A stretch of DNA of 63,843 bases, filler included, from Folioceros fuciformis (Eukaryota): assembly GCA_049999805.1 (NCBI GenBank). It is 6 parts of 6 records of this genome, joined end to end, with 100 filler letters (N's around TTAATTAATTAA, not from the genome) between each part and the next. Parts side by side here need not be neighbours in the genome. Positions count along the whole stretch, not along the records: positions 32,798 to 47,872 come from JBNGIO010005491.1; positions 47,973 to 56,814 come from JBNGIO010005492.1; 4 more parts are not named here. One strand, written 5' to 3'. Below are positions 38,911 through 49,859 of this stretch, piece after piece. Within the stretch, counting starts at the first letter, position 1. Every line of letters begins with the position of its first letter. Under the pieces are notes generated by a model. It did no database searches and was not told the DNA's origin. It saw only the letters and a program-made list of their open reading frames with translations. Made by a program: the position numbers and the translations under genes.

Positions 38911-39709
38911 TGTGGAGTGATTTCTTGCACCCAAGAACCACCAACGGGCCACACCTCCCCTTATTGTCGTTGCAGCCTTATGATTCACTCGCAAGGGAGT
39001 GAACTAGTGTCAAGGAACACCTATAGCTATCTATTCACACTTCTACCTATCAGCCGGTCTATAGGCCTGAACACACACACACAACAAAGAGGCTAGAAGC
39101 CTAGCCTATCTTCAAATTAGCTCACACAGCTCACACTCCCTATCTTTAGTCCTTCAGCCCTTCATGATTCCCACTTCAGTCCTTCCTCCTTCACTTCAGC
39201 CCTTCACCCGTCACTTCAGCACACCCTTCACCCGTCACTTCAGCACACACTCCTGCACCTCAATAACTCACTCTTCACTTTTATGCACTTCACTCCAACT
39301 CTTCCTCTCTTTGCTTTAGCTATCCTCTGGAAATTGGGACACAACGGCTTCACTCCTTGCAACCTTCAAGCGTAGTGTGGATACTAAAACTGGATAGCCC
39401 ACCTGGCTCACGATCCTATCACTTCACTTCAGCCAGCCTGCGAATCATTCAGCCCTTGCAGATCCGGCCACACGGATCTTAGCAGTCTTGGGATCCTCCA
39501 CATTCCCCTAGTGGCAAAGGAAATCAGGACCTTGGTTCAGTCTCAACCGGCTTAGCGCCCTAAGCCAGGAGTTCTGCACACAAGGTCCAGGGCAATGGCA
39601 CCGTAGACAGCCCCCATTTTAATGGAAGGTCTCCCCTCTTATACTGCCTAGCCCTCCATCTTTGTCTACTAGGGTTAACCTCAGTCAATTACCTAACCAT
39701 CTCTCTCTC

Positions 39710-40430
39710 TGACCTAAACCATCCTACATCTAGTTCTGATCTACACCTGACCTAGGTATGACCTAACCTAATCTAGGTCTATCCTAACTTGGATCTGACC
39801 TAAACCTAACCTAAGTCTAACCTAGACCTAACATGGATCTAACCTAAACTTAACCTAGGTCTGACCTAGACCTAACATAGGTCTGACCTAGACCTAACAT
39901 AGGTCTGACCTAAACCTAACCTAAGTCTAACCTAGATCTAACCTAGGTCTGACCTAGATCTAACCTAAACCTGACCTAGATCTGACCTAAACCTAACCTA
40001 GGTCTGACCTAAACCTAACCTAGGTCTGACCTAGACCTAACCTAGGTCTGACCTAGACCTAACCTAGGTCTGACCTAGACCTAACCTAGGTNNNNNNNNN
40101 NGGTCTGACCTAGACCTAACCTAGGTCTGACCTAGACCTAACCTAGGTTTGACTTAAACCTAACCTAGGTCTGATCTAGACCTAACCTAGGTCTGACCTA
40201 GACCTAACCTAGGTCTAACTTAAACCTAACCTAGGTCTAACCTAGACCTAACCTAGGTCTGACCTAGACCTAACCTAGGTCTGACCTAGACCTAACTTAG
40301 GTCTGACCTAGACCTAACTTAGGTTTGACTTAAACCTAACCTAGGTCTAACCTAGACCTAACCTAGGTCTAACCTAGACCTAACCTAGGTCTGACCTAGA
40401 CCTAACCTAGGTCTGACCTAGACCTAACTC
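39710..40430. repeat. 22-bp tandem array inside the LTR
   Basis: GACCTAGACCTAACCTAGGTCT repeated many times, with a small gap inside. Confidence 0.95.
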
Positions 40431-40799
40431 CAACTAAGAACCCTAACTCTAGCCTACCCCTGCTTCTAATTGCTTGTTACCTCTGAACACGGTTAGCTAC
40501 CCTCTACTCCAAAATAACTACCACAAATCAGGGGTGCTTCTCATTCCCCCTTCTCCTCTCCCGGATGCGATCATCTCCTGCCCTCCGACCATCTGCATTC
40601 TTCAAAGTCTTCCAATCTTCAGGTTCCCCCTCCATTTTGCCAATCCCAAATCAATCCACCCGTAGCCTGTCGCCTGCTAGCCTGGCGGCTATGATTGGCC
40701 TGCTTGGATCCATCGTCTCCCAACCCGCTTGGTCTACCGATCCGATCTCCCGACCGGTTGGATCTGCTAGCCCATCCTTCCCGCTGAACCCGGCTAGGG

Positions 40800-41229
40800 C
40801 CTCCTTCTTGCTATCCTCGGGAAGCTTGATGTCAAGCACGGAAACGTTCTCCTCAAAATTGTGCACCTTAGTTGTTCCTGGAATGGGCACCACATCATCT
40901 CCCTTGTGATGGACCCACGCAAGCGCCAGCTGGCCGGGTGTCTTCCCCCTCCTCCACTAGCTTCTTCATCTCCCCTACCATGGCTTCGATGAGCACGATG
41001 GTGTCGACGCGGTGCTGATAGTAGGAACCGACGTAGTCAACACCCAGCCGCTCTGAACTCGCCTCCAGCGCCGCCCGCACATACTCCAGCTCCCCGTGTA
41101 TTCCACAATTCTGCGCGGCAGGATCCCGAGTGATGCTGAACTTGGTAGCCAGCTGCACCCTGTCCCGGATGCCCTTGATGGCCTTGCCAACCAGCCCCCG
41201 TTGGTGTGCGGCCCATAGACATCGGGCAT
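40800..41229 (-). pseudogene. Captured aldo-keto reductase fragment (plant AKR13 / perakine-reductase-like)
   Basis: [64 protein letters not shown] joined to [25 protein letters not shown]. Confidence 0.88.
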
Positions 41230-44200
41230 GCCCAGGAACTGACGGTCCTTGACTGCCTAGCCAGATCTGTTTGTCGCTGGTCCACCAGCCAACCCGGCTA
41301 GGAAACCAGCCGGCCTTCTGGCGCGGAGCCGGTGCCACTGGCCAGGCTGACTCCCCCAAGCCATCTGCCAGCTAACCTCCTGTTCCTGGCTCTGGTCTGC
41401 CCCGCCGACCTGCCACTACTTAGCTTGCTACACCTATGGATCCCTGCCATGCCGACAGCGCCTGCTTCAATCCTGCCCAGACCTTGACCAGTCTCCACCA
41501 CTTGCCATGCCGACAGCGCCTAGGTCTGCCAGCCTGTGGCCAGACCTGATCCATCCAGCCACGAATCCCTGGATTCTTCCATAGCCCGAGGCGCCCTGCC
41601 TGCTAAGGTCCCATCTGTCTGCCCATCGGTATGTGCCACCAAGCCTCAATTGACTCGAAGCGCCCAGCTTCGCCTGCTGCTGCGGATCCAGCTCAGCCGG
41701 CCACAACCCACCTGATCCAACTCGACTCGCTAGACCGACCAGCCAGTCTGCCTCCTTGCTGTGGATGCGCCACCAAGGCCGGCTGCTTGGCTCTAGTCGT
41801 GGGCAACCGTTCTTCTGCCTGCCAGGTTTCGTCAGCCTCCCCGTGTCGCGAGGCAGCGCCTTGCTCCTTGCCGGGTTGGCCTGGCCATGATCCAGCCAGC
41901 TTGCTAGCCCCACCGACCTGCTGTTGATCAATCCAGGTGCATGCAAGCCGGCCTGCCTTGCATCCTGATTCTGGACTGCCACAGCCCCGGAGCTGATCCT
42001 GACGCACCGGTCTTGTAACCAACCTCATCCACGCCGGCCAGGCTTCGGTGCTGCCTCTAGCATGGCTTGCTTTTGGCTCTGACCTCGCTGCTCTGCTCCC
42101 AACTGTGACCAGCCAAGCCGCTCGATCAGCCCGTCCTAGCCTGGCGTTGGCGGCCGAATCCGTTTGTCACCTGGTCCGCCAGCCAACCCGGCTTGTTGTG
42201 AGCTCCAGCTTGGTCTATTGTTCAGCCCGGCTGGATCCACCAACCGGCCTAAAGCCTTCCGGATCGACTAGCCGACCCACCTCCAGGGTGCCTGGCTGGT
42301 GGCGGCCCAGTCTGCTGGCCCTCCACCTGTGGTCATACCCGCCAGGACATCCTTAGTCACCAAGCCATGCCCGATCGATAGGCCCGAGGCCCTAACCTCT
42401 CGATCCAGCTAGGCACCTCACTACCCAGCTTCCTGATCCTACCACGCCACTAGCAGGCTAGCAACTGCCTGGTTATGACAGCCAGGCGGCCGTTGCCTGG
42501 ATTCTACCCAGCCCGCATGCATCCATCCCAGGCTCACGGTTGTCGAGACTCCTCAGCAGCCCGTCACCTTTCTTCTGCCTTTTGCCCGGACTTAGCTTGG
42601 CTGCTCTGCCTCTGTGGACTCCCAATTCATCCCGCTCCGGCCAGCCCGGCCGCTCCTAGTCATCGGGCTGCTGGTCCAAACCTGGCCAGCCAGCCAGGCC
42701 CCCAATCTCCCCGGCCTATTCTGAGCTCCAGCATGGTCTATTGTCCAGCCCGACTGGATCCACCAACCGGCCTAAAGCCTGGACCTGCAGGACCGCCTCC
42801 AATCAGCCCGGTTGCCTACCTGGCCAGGCTACTCCCCGGCTTGCAGGCAGCCCGTAAGCCTGGCTGCCTATGGCTTGCATCCGGCCAGCCCGGCTGGCCG
42901 AGCAGCCAGGCCAAACTGGCTGCGCCGACCTACTTCGATCCAGCCCCTGGCCGGCCTGCTTGCAGCTCGCCAGGCCGACTAGTCGGGCAGCCCCAACTAG
43001 CCATCCGCCTATCTAGCTCTAGCCAGCCCGCCATTAGGCTGCTGCTTACCTGTGTTCCGCCGCCGTTCCCTCAGCAGCCGCCCACCTGGCCTACATGACT
43101 GCTTGCTAGACAACCTGCCTGATCTGGCCAGGCCCCCGGCCCGGATCTGGCCTCGGGCCTCCTTCTTGCCACCAGCCCGGGCTGGACTGCTGGCTGGGTT
43201 CCAGCAGCCCCGCCTAGCTGCCTACCTTACTCCCTCCAGCGCTCCGGCGGCCTACTCGGTTGACTGCCTCGCAGCTCCGGCCAGGACCCCGGCCTGGGTC
43301 TGGCCATGCGGCCTGCCAGCAGCCAGGTCGCCTACCTAGCGGCTGCCTACTCCTCCCTCAGCCAGCCGGTTGCCTGGCCGCCCGGATGGATCCACCTACC
43401 AGTCACACCACGGACCCTGCTGGGACCTCAGCCCGACCCCGAATGCATCCAGTTCCAGGGCAGCTCACCTCGGCTGATCCCGGCTGCGACTCCTGCTGAG
43501 CCTGCCTTGACCGGTCTCCTGTCTCGATCAACTTGGCTGCCCAGGACGCCAGCGAACTAGCCTGGCCAGCCCCGCTTGCCGATCCTCCTCAGCAGCCCTC
43601 TCTTCTGCCTTCCGGCCCAATCTGCTCCTGTGGTTTGGCCTGGCTTCTAGATCCTCTGGCCCCAGCTGCTTGCCAGCCCATCCTGGCTGTTTGAGGGCCG
43701 GGCGATCGACTACCTAAGGCGGCCAACCAGGCCGCTGTCCCCAGCCGGGACTAGCCACGCCAACCAGCCGAACTCGTCCGCTGCAGCCGGCGCTCATCCT
43801 GGCTCCAACCTTGCTCCAAGCCCTCCGTCAGGCGGCTGCTGGCCCCCGATCCATCTGGTCCGACGCCCTGCTGTTGCTGGCCGCCCAGCCGGCCTGATGT
43901 AGCAGGTTGGCTAGATTCTACTGAGATCCCCCCAAACTTGGTAGCCAGCCTCCTTCCGATCGGCCCGCATGTGTTGGTGCTCGCAACCTGATCGCCATCT
44001 TGTTGTGCTGCTGGCCGCCTGCGTACAGCCCGATAGATTTCTCCCAGGCCGCCTAGCTTGGGCGGCCTACCGATTCGGTCAGGTTCCCGGTGGTCAGCTA
44101 CCAGCCTTTTTGTTCCTGTCGGCCGAGATCCAGCCATCAGCCCTGCCAACCAACACGTCCAATCCGGCTGCCGATCCAGCCATCAGCCCTGCCAACCAAC

Positions 44201-44849
44201 ACGTCCAATCCGGCTGCCGAGCCCGACTCCTGCCAGCGCTCCAGCAACTCACCTGGTTGACTGCCTCAGCCGCCACTGCCCGGTCTCGCCCAGGTCAAGT
44301 CAGCCGATCAGTGTGGCTAGCCAAACTGCCGGCCCATTCCTCATCCGGCTACCCTCCAGCCTACCTACCCTGAGCCGATGCTCCCCCTGACCTGGCCATC
44401 TGGCTGGCTAGCTTTCCCCGAATTTGATGCTCCCACAATCTTAAGCCCTCTCTGCGTGACCGCCTGCTCTCAGACCCTCGGTCCCAGGCACCTCCTCTAT
44501 CCCCGTCTCCCGCTTCCACCAACATCAGCCGGAGAGAGCCCCTGCTCACCTCCCATGACCCGTTCTAGGGTTCCTAGTCCTCTATTACCTTATCCTGAGG
44601 AACTACCTTATCCTGAGGAATTGGAACCCGTGTGTATCTACCACACACCCTCTAGACCCTATCGACTCACCATTAATTTAGCTACTAATCTAACATAATC
44701 TTCTAACCATTTAACTACAGGATATACTCAGAGATTCTAAAAAAAGAAATCCTACATTTTCCAGGGACCTATTCAACATGTGGAGCCCATATACTCCCCT
44801 TCTCATTTGTTGGCGTCCTCGCCAACTATTGATAATATTTTTTCACCCG

Positions 44850-46779
44850 CCAGCCATTAACCCCTAGTTGGCAAGTTAGGGTCGTTGAGGTGCTGCAGTT
44901 GGATGGACCCATTCTCATACACTTCCAGCACCCTGTAAGGTCCCATCCATCTCAAGTACAGCTTGCCTGGAAAGTGCATGTACCTCTTATCATATAACAA
45001 GGCTAAATCTCCAGGCACAACATACTCTTGTTTACGCAACTTCTAGTCGTGCCACTTCTTTCTCCTCCCCTTGACATCAAGGAAAACAGCCAATGCCCAT
45101 TCCATGTCCTCATCATGCTGCAAAAAACTGGTCAGCCTCTCCAGCTGGCTCTCCTCCACGGGCAACCGGTTGCTCTCCTGCATCCTCAAGGTGGGTACCT
45201 CAAATTCGATGGGCATGACTGGTGGGTGTCCATAGGTGAGGTAATAAGGGGTCTGCTGGGTAGTAACTTTCTCAGCAGTCCTATACGCCCACAAGGCTGA
45301 ATGGAGCTTCCTATCCCAGTCATGAGCATAGGTGACAGTGAGTTTGCTGAGAATCTTGCACAACAGCCCATTAGCCTTCTACGTGAGTCCATTGGCCTTA
45401 AGGTTGTAGGGAGTGGTCTTCCTATGACTGATATTGAAATATTCAGTCATGTGCTTGACTACTTCATTGATGAAGTGAGTCCCCCTATTACTCACCAACT
45501 CCAACGAACACCCATACCTTGTAATGATTTGCTCAAACAAAAATCAGGCCACCACATTTGTTGTGTCCATGGGCAAAGCTTGGGCCTCCACCATGCGCGT
45601 GTAGTAGTCGGTTGCCACCAAGATGTATTGGTTCTGCCTTCCCTTGGACTTGGGCTGAATTGGTCCCACAAAATCAATCCCCCACTTCTCAAATGGTGCT
45701 AGGGCTAGGATGGGGACCAATGGCCATTGTGTGGTCCTGGTAGGCTTCCCCACCCTTTGGCACGCGTCACACCTCCTGATGAACCCTTCACCATCAGCAT
45801 GCATTGTTGGCCACCAATACCTTGCTACTAGAATTTTTGTGCAGGTCACATGGGCTGTATAATGGCCCCCAGCCTCTCCCTCATGTAAGGAGCTGATAAC
45901 TTGCTCCACTTGGCCAGGTTTGACCCACAACCTCTCCACGCCATCAGCCCCTGTGCGATACAGCCTGCCCTTGTACTTAACCACCAGCCTTGTGAAGTAC
46001 AAGAATAGCCGCTGCTGCTGCCGTGAGAGATCAGCTGGAAATTCCCCCGTGCCTAAAAAATCAGACACCTCTTGGTAGGAAGGCTTACGGAACCCTCTTC
46101 GCCCCTTCTCATTTGGTGCTGTACCTTCACCTCTTGGTAGCCTAGCATTTGGTTTGGCCCTCTTCTTCTCCACTAGGTTTGCTAAAAATGCCTCATCCGG
46201 AAAATTATCTTCTTGGTCTTGAACCACCTTCTCCGTTTTAAGCCTGGACAGAAAATCAGCATTCATATGCTTGTGCCCTTCCCTTGTTTCCACGGTGAAT
46301 GTGAACTCCTGCAAGAGCAAGATCCAGCGGGCTATGCGGCCCGATAGGTCTGCCTTGTTGACCAGGTGCTTGAGAGCAAAATGATCAACATGGAAGACAA
46401 ACTCATAGGAGAGGAGGTAGTGGCGGAATTTACGACAAGAGTAGACCATGCCAAGTGCCTCCCTCTCGGTTGTGATGTACTTGAGTTCAGCCTCTGTAAG
46501 TTGACGTCCAGCATAGTAGATTGGGTAGTCCCTCCCCTTCTCATCCCGCTGGCTAAGGACTGTTCCAATGGCAAAGGCTGAAACATCCACGTACACATGG
46601 AATTTCTTGTCCCAATCAGGCCCCTTGAGTGTTGGTGCTATCACAAGAGTGGTCCTCAAGTCCTGAAACGCAGCCTCCCTCGGCGCTGTCCACTCCGAAG
46701 ATTGCTCCTTCCTCAATAGGCCCGTCAAAGGGGCAGCCCGCCTAGCAAAATTGGGCACAAACCGGCGGTAGTATCCCAC
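44850..46779 (-). pseudogene. Gypsy RT C-terminus, RNase H and integrase with GPY/F motif
   Basis: GYYRRFVPNF, YVDVSAFAIG, TTEREALG, HMNADFLSR, GGHY..CDACQR, KWGIDFVGP, ATDYYT, PGKLYLRWMGPY. No chromodomain. Confidence 0.93.
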
Positions 46780-47872
46780 CAGCGCTCCAGCAACTCACCT
46801 GGTTGACTGCCTCGCCGGCCGAAGCTCCCTGCCGGCCGGCTGCACCCATCTAGCTCCCCTCCCGCCGTCGATCCACCAACTAGCCTGGCCAGATCAACCA
46901 GTCGGTCTCCTATACCTTCTGCCCCAGCCGCCACTGCCTGGTCTCGCCCAGGTCAAGTCAGCCGATTAGTTTGGCTAGTCGAACAGCCGGCCCATTCCTC
47001 ATCCGGCTACCCTCCAGCCTACTTACTCTGATTCGACGCTCCCCCTGACCTGGCCATCTGGCTGGCTAGCTTTCCCTGAATTTGATGCTCCCACAACCTT
47101 AGGCCCTCCCTGCGTGACCACCTGCTCTCAGACCCTCGGTCCCAGGCACCTCCTCTATCCCCGTCTCCCGCTTCCACCAGCATCGGCCGGAGAGAGCCCC
47201 GGCTCACCTCCCATGACCCATTCTAGGGTTCTTGGTCCTCTATTACCTTATCCTGAGGAACTGGAGCCCGTGTCTATCTACCACACACCCTCCTAGACCC
47301 TATCGACTCACCATTAATCTAGCTACTAATCTAACATAATCTTCTAACCATTTGACTACAGGATTCACTCAGAGATTCCAAAAAAAGAAATCCTACCATT
47401 TTCCAGGGACCTGTTCAACATGTGGAGCCCACACACATCGGCTTCAATCCGATGTTAGGAAACTTAGATAGGAGAAGCCGCCCACCTCAGGGCTGTCTCC
47501 TTTCCTTTTTCATATATGGGACTATATTAGAGTCCTAAGCACCTCCAAAAAAGCATCTTTGGCCCGCCTTCCTCCTGCTCCTGTACCTCCAGCCCTCACT
47601 CCCAATCCTACCCCTAGGAAGAAGGCCCCAGCCTCGGCAACCCAGCCCAAGTCCCTTGCCACAGACCCAGTACCCCTCCCTGTCTCGGAGCCCTCGGAGG
47701 GTAGTAGCAGAGCCGAGCTAGACTCCCCCATGGCCTCAGCACCCAACTCCCCCACCCCTCGACCTTAGAAGGGGAAGTCGGAAGCACCGCCAGCCCAGGG
47801 ACCTTAGCCCAAGAAGTGGCAGCTCCGGGCGATGTCAACTGCAGGGAGGAGGATCCCGATCTGGAGCACCCC

Positions 47873-47972
47873 NNNNNNNNNNNNNNNNNNNNNNNNNNNN
47901 NNNNNNNNNNNNNNNNTTAATTAATTAANNNNNNNNNNNNNNNNNNNNNNNNNNNNNNNNNNNNNNNNNNNN
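47873..47972. other. Artificial scaffold-joining spacer
   Basis: 44 N + TTAATTAATTAA + 44 N. Confidence 0.97.
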
Positions 47973-48522
47973 GGGATGTGTGGCCCTTTGGTGGTTCTTG
48001 GGTGCAAGAAATCACTCCACATTTTGGCGCCGTTGCCGGGGAGTGACATTGTTGTCAAGGTTTGGAGAGGACTGGCCTGGATAGGGGACTGTACAAGGGA
48101 ATGTAGCAGGGTTGATGAATGCCCCGCATAGGAGCGGAAGATTTCAACTCTAGCTTTGAAGGGGGAGCTCAAGCTCAAGCAAGNNNNNNNNNNNNNNNNN
48201 NNNNNNNNNNNNNNNNNNNNNNNNNNNNNNNNNNNNNNNNNNNNNNNNNNNNNNNNNNNNNNNNNNNNNNNNNNNNNNNNNNNATTCAGCTGGAGCTGTG
48301 GTTGGCGTTGAAGACAAGGCTAAGGATTCTGATCTTTTTTTGCTGTAGTGAGACTAGGGCTAGGAGCCGGCTGATAGATAGGGTTAGATTAGGGCAGCGT
48401 GGGAAGATTGTAGAAAACCTTGACATTAGTTCACTCCCTTGGGAGCGAATCATAGTATTGCGATGATAATAAGGGGATGTGTGGCCCTTTGGTGGTTCTT
48501 GGGTGCAAGAAATCACTCCACA
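47973..48522 (+). mobile_element. Family A LTR 3' ends (at 48021 and 48522) with PBS, gap between
   Basis: GGTGCAAGAAATCACTCCACA occurs twice. It is the reverse complement of the 38911 terminus. Confidence 0.8.
48025..48042 (+). promoter_or_regulatory. tRNA-Asp PBS (Athila type)
   Basis: TGGCGCCGTTGCCGGGGA, three bases after the LTR CA. Confidence 0.85.
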
Positions 48523-49859
48523 CAAGGTCAGGAGTAGAGGGTCAATAGTTGAGTGGACAGGAGTTGTTGGGTTGGATGTAAGAGTTGTGAAGTTGTGGAG
48601 TTAGGAGAAGTCATCTCATACACTACAGATTGGGAACACCAGCCACTCTTTGGTGGGATTGAAACCCATTCTATATTAACAATAGTGGGATAAGTGTGGC
48701 CATTATAGGACAGAGCTCAAGGAGTCCCACTCCTTGAGATCCGGACTCCACAAAAAGATACCACCTCGACGTCAAGGCTTTCCTCCTCATTTTCCTTTAG
48801 TGGTTAGAAACCCTCCTCATTCCCAGGTTTCTCGACGTCAGCAGCCCTCTCAGCCTCACCTACACCCAAGCACACCAAGGTTCAAAACATTGCAGGCACG
48901 AAGGAGTTGCCCATGTCATCAAGAGGAGAATAGCCTCGACGCGTCAGAAATCTCACATCGTGATCACATGGTTGCTGAGATTCCGTTGCATCACTGCTTG
49001 TCAACCTAGGAGATCTTCAGGCTTTGCTAATTAGGCACATAGCAAGGAACCAAGCAATCACAGCCCAACTTTTTCTCGACATAGCTGCAATTTAGGCACA
49101 AGTGAACACTTTGATAAAACGGCTCAATGGAGCCTTTGCTTTGGAAGATGGCTTCGTGAGCGACGATTGCCATCACACCTTATTATGACCTCAATGATCG
49201 AGGTAGCATCTCACTGCTCAGCGAATCAATGCGTGAGCAACAGTAGATGTGAAGGGTTGCAAGCAAGTGACACAGAACGGAAGTGACACACCTTGGGGCG
49301 CGAATTTGGTGCCTCCTGTTGTGACGCTTTCTTATACCCGTGTCCCTTCACAACCAACGGACGTGACACCCCGCCTCATCAATCTCATCAATTTGACATG
49401 TTAGATTCCTTCCTGCTATGTGCTGCCATGGTTGAAAACTTTGGCATAGATGGTGCACAAGCACATAGCGCTGCCGGGTTCTCTTTGAAGATCCTGCAAC
49501 AGCGTCACTGAGGAATCAGGCGGGTTCAACATCCTCATCCGTAGGGATACGTTCAAGTTTATACTCCAGCCTGTTTTCGCACATCCCCGCCTTTACCACC
49601 CTTGCGCCAAGGACCAGAATTCATGCTTCAACGCCAGGTGCCGGACCTTCTGCCTCACTACCAAACCCAGGAGTTGTTTTTGGGAATCCTTTGCCTGCAC
49701 CAGGAGCTAGATTCGCCAATTCTCTACCTGGTTTTGGAGTTGGATTAGGAAACCCTCCACTTGGCCCTCAAATTGGATTTGGTCCTCCTCTGCCTCCCCC
49801 GCCAACACCAAGAGTAGGACTTGGCCAAGCTCTCTTGCCTCCATACACACAAACATACC

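Larger units (their letters stand above)
38911..44791 (-). repeat. Expanded 3' LTR (~5.9 kb, family A)
   Basis: Bounded by the PPT and the TSD. Both termini match the 1.26 kb LTR at 8273-9533. Confidence 0.8.
38911..47433 (-). mobile_element. Athila-like (non-chromovirus) Gypsy element, internally deleted, with 5-bp TSD CACAT
   Basis: TG..CA termini with CACAT at 38906-38910 and 47434-47438. 5' LTR remnant 46779-47433 matches 44233-44791. RH-IN lie between the LTRs, and PPT is at 44792-44804. Confidence 0.92.

Noticed and set aside
41300-44700. Many 60-200 aa Pro/Ala-rich ORFs on both strands
   Set aside because: GC-rich, internally repetitive LTR sequence with few stops and no recognisable domains.
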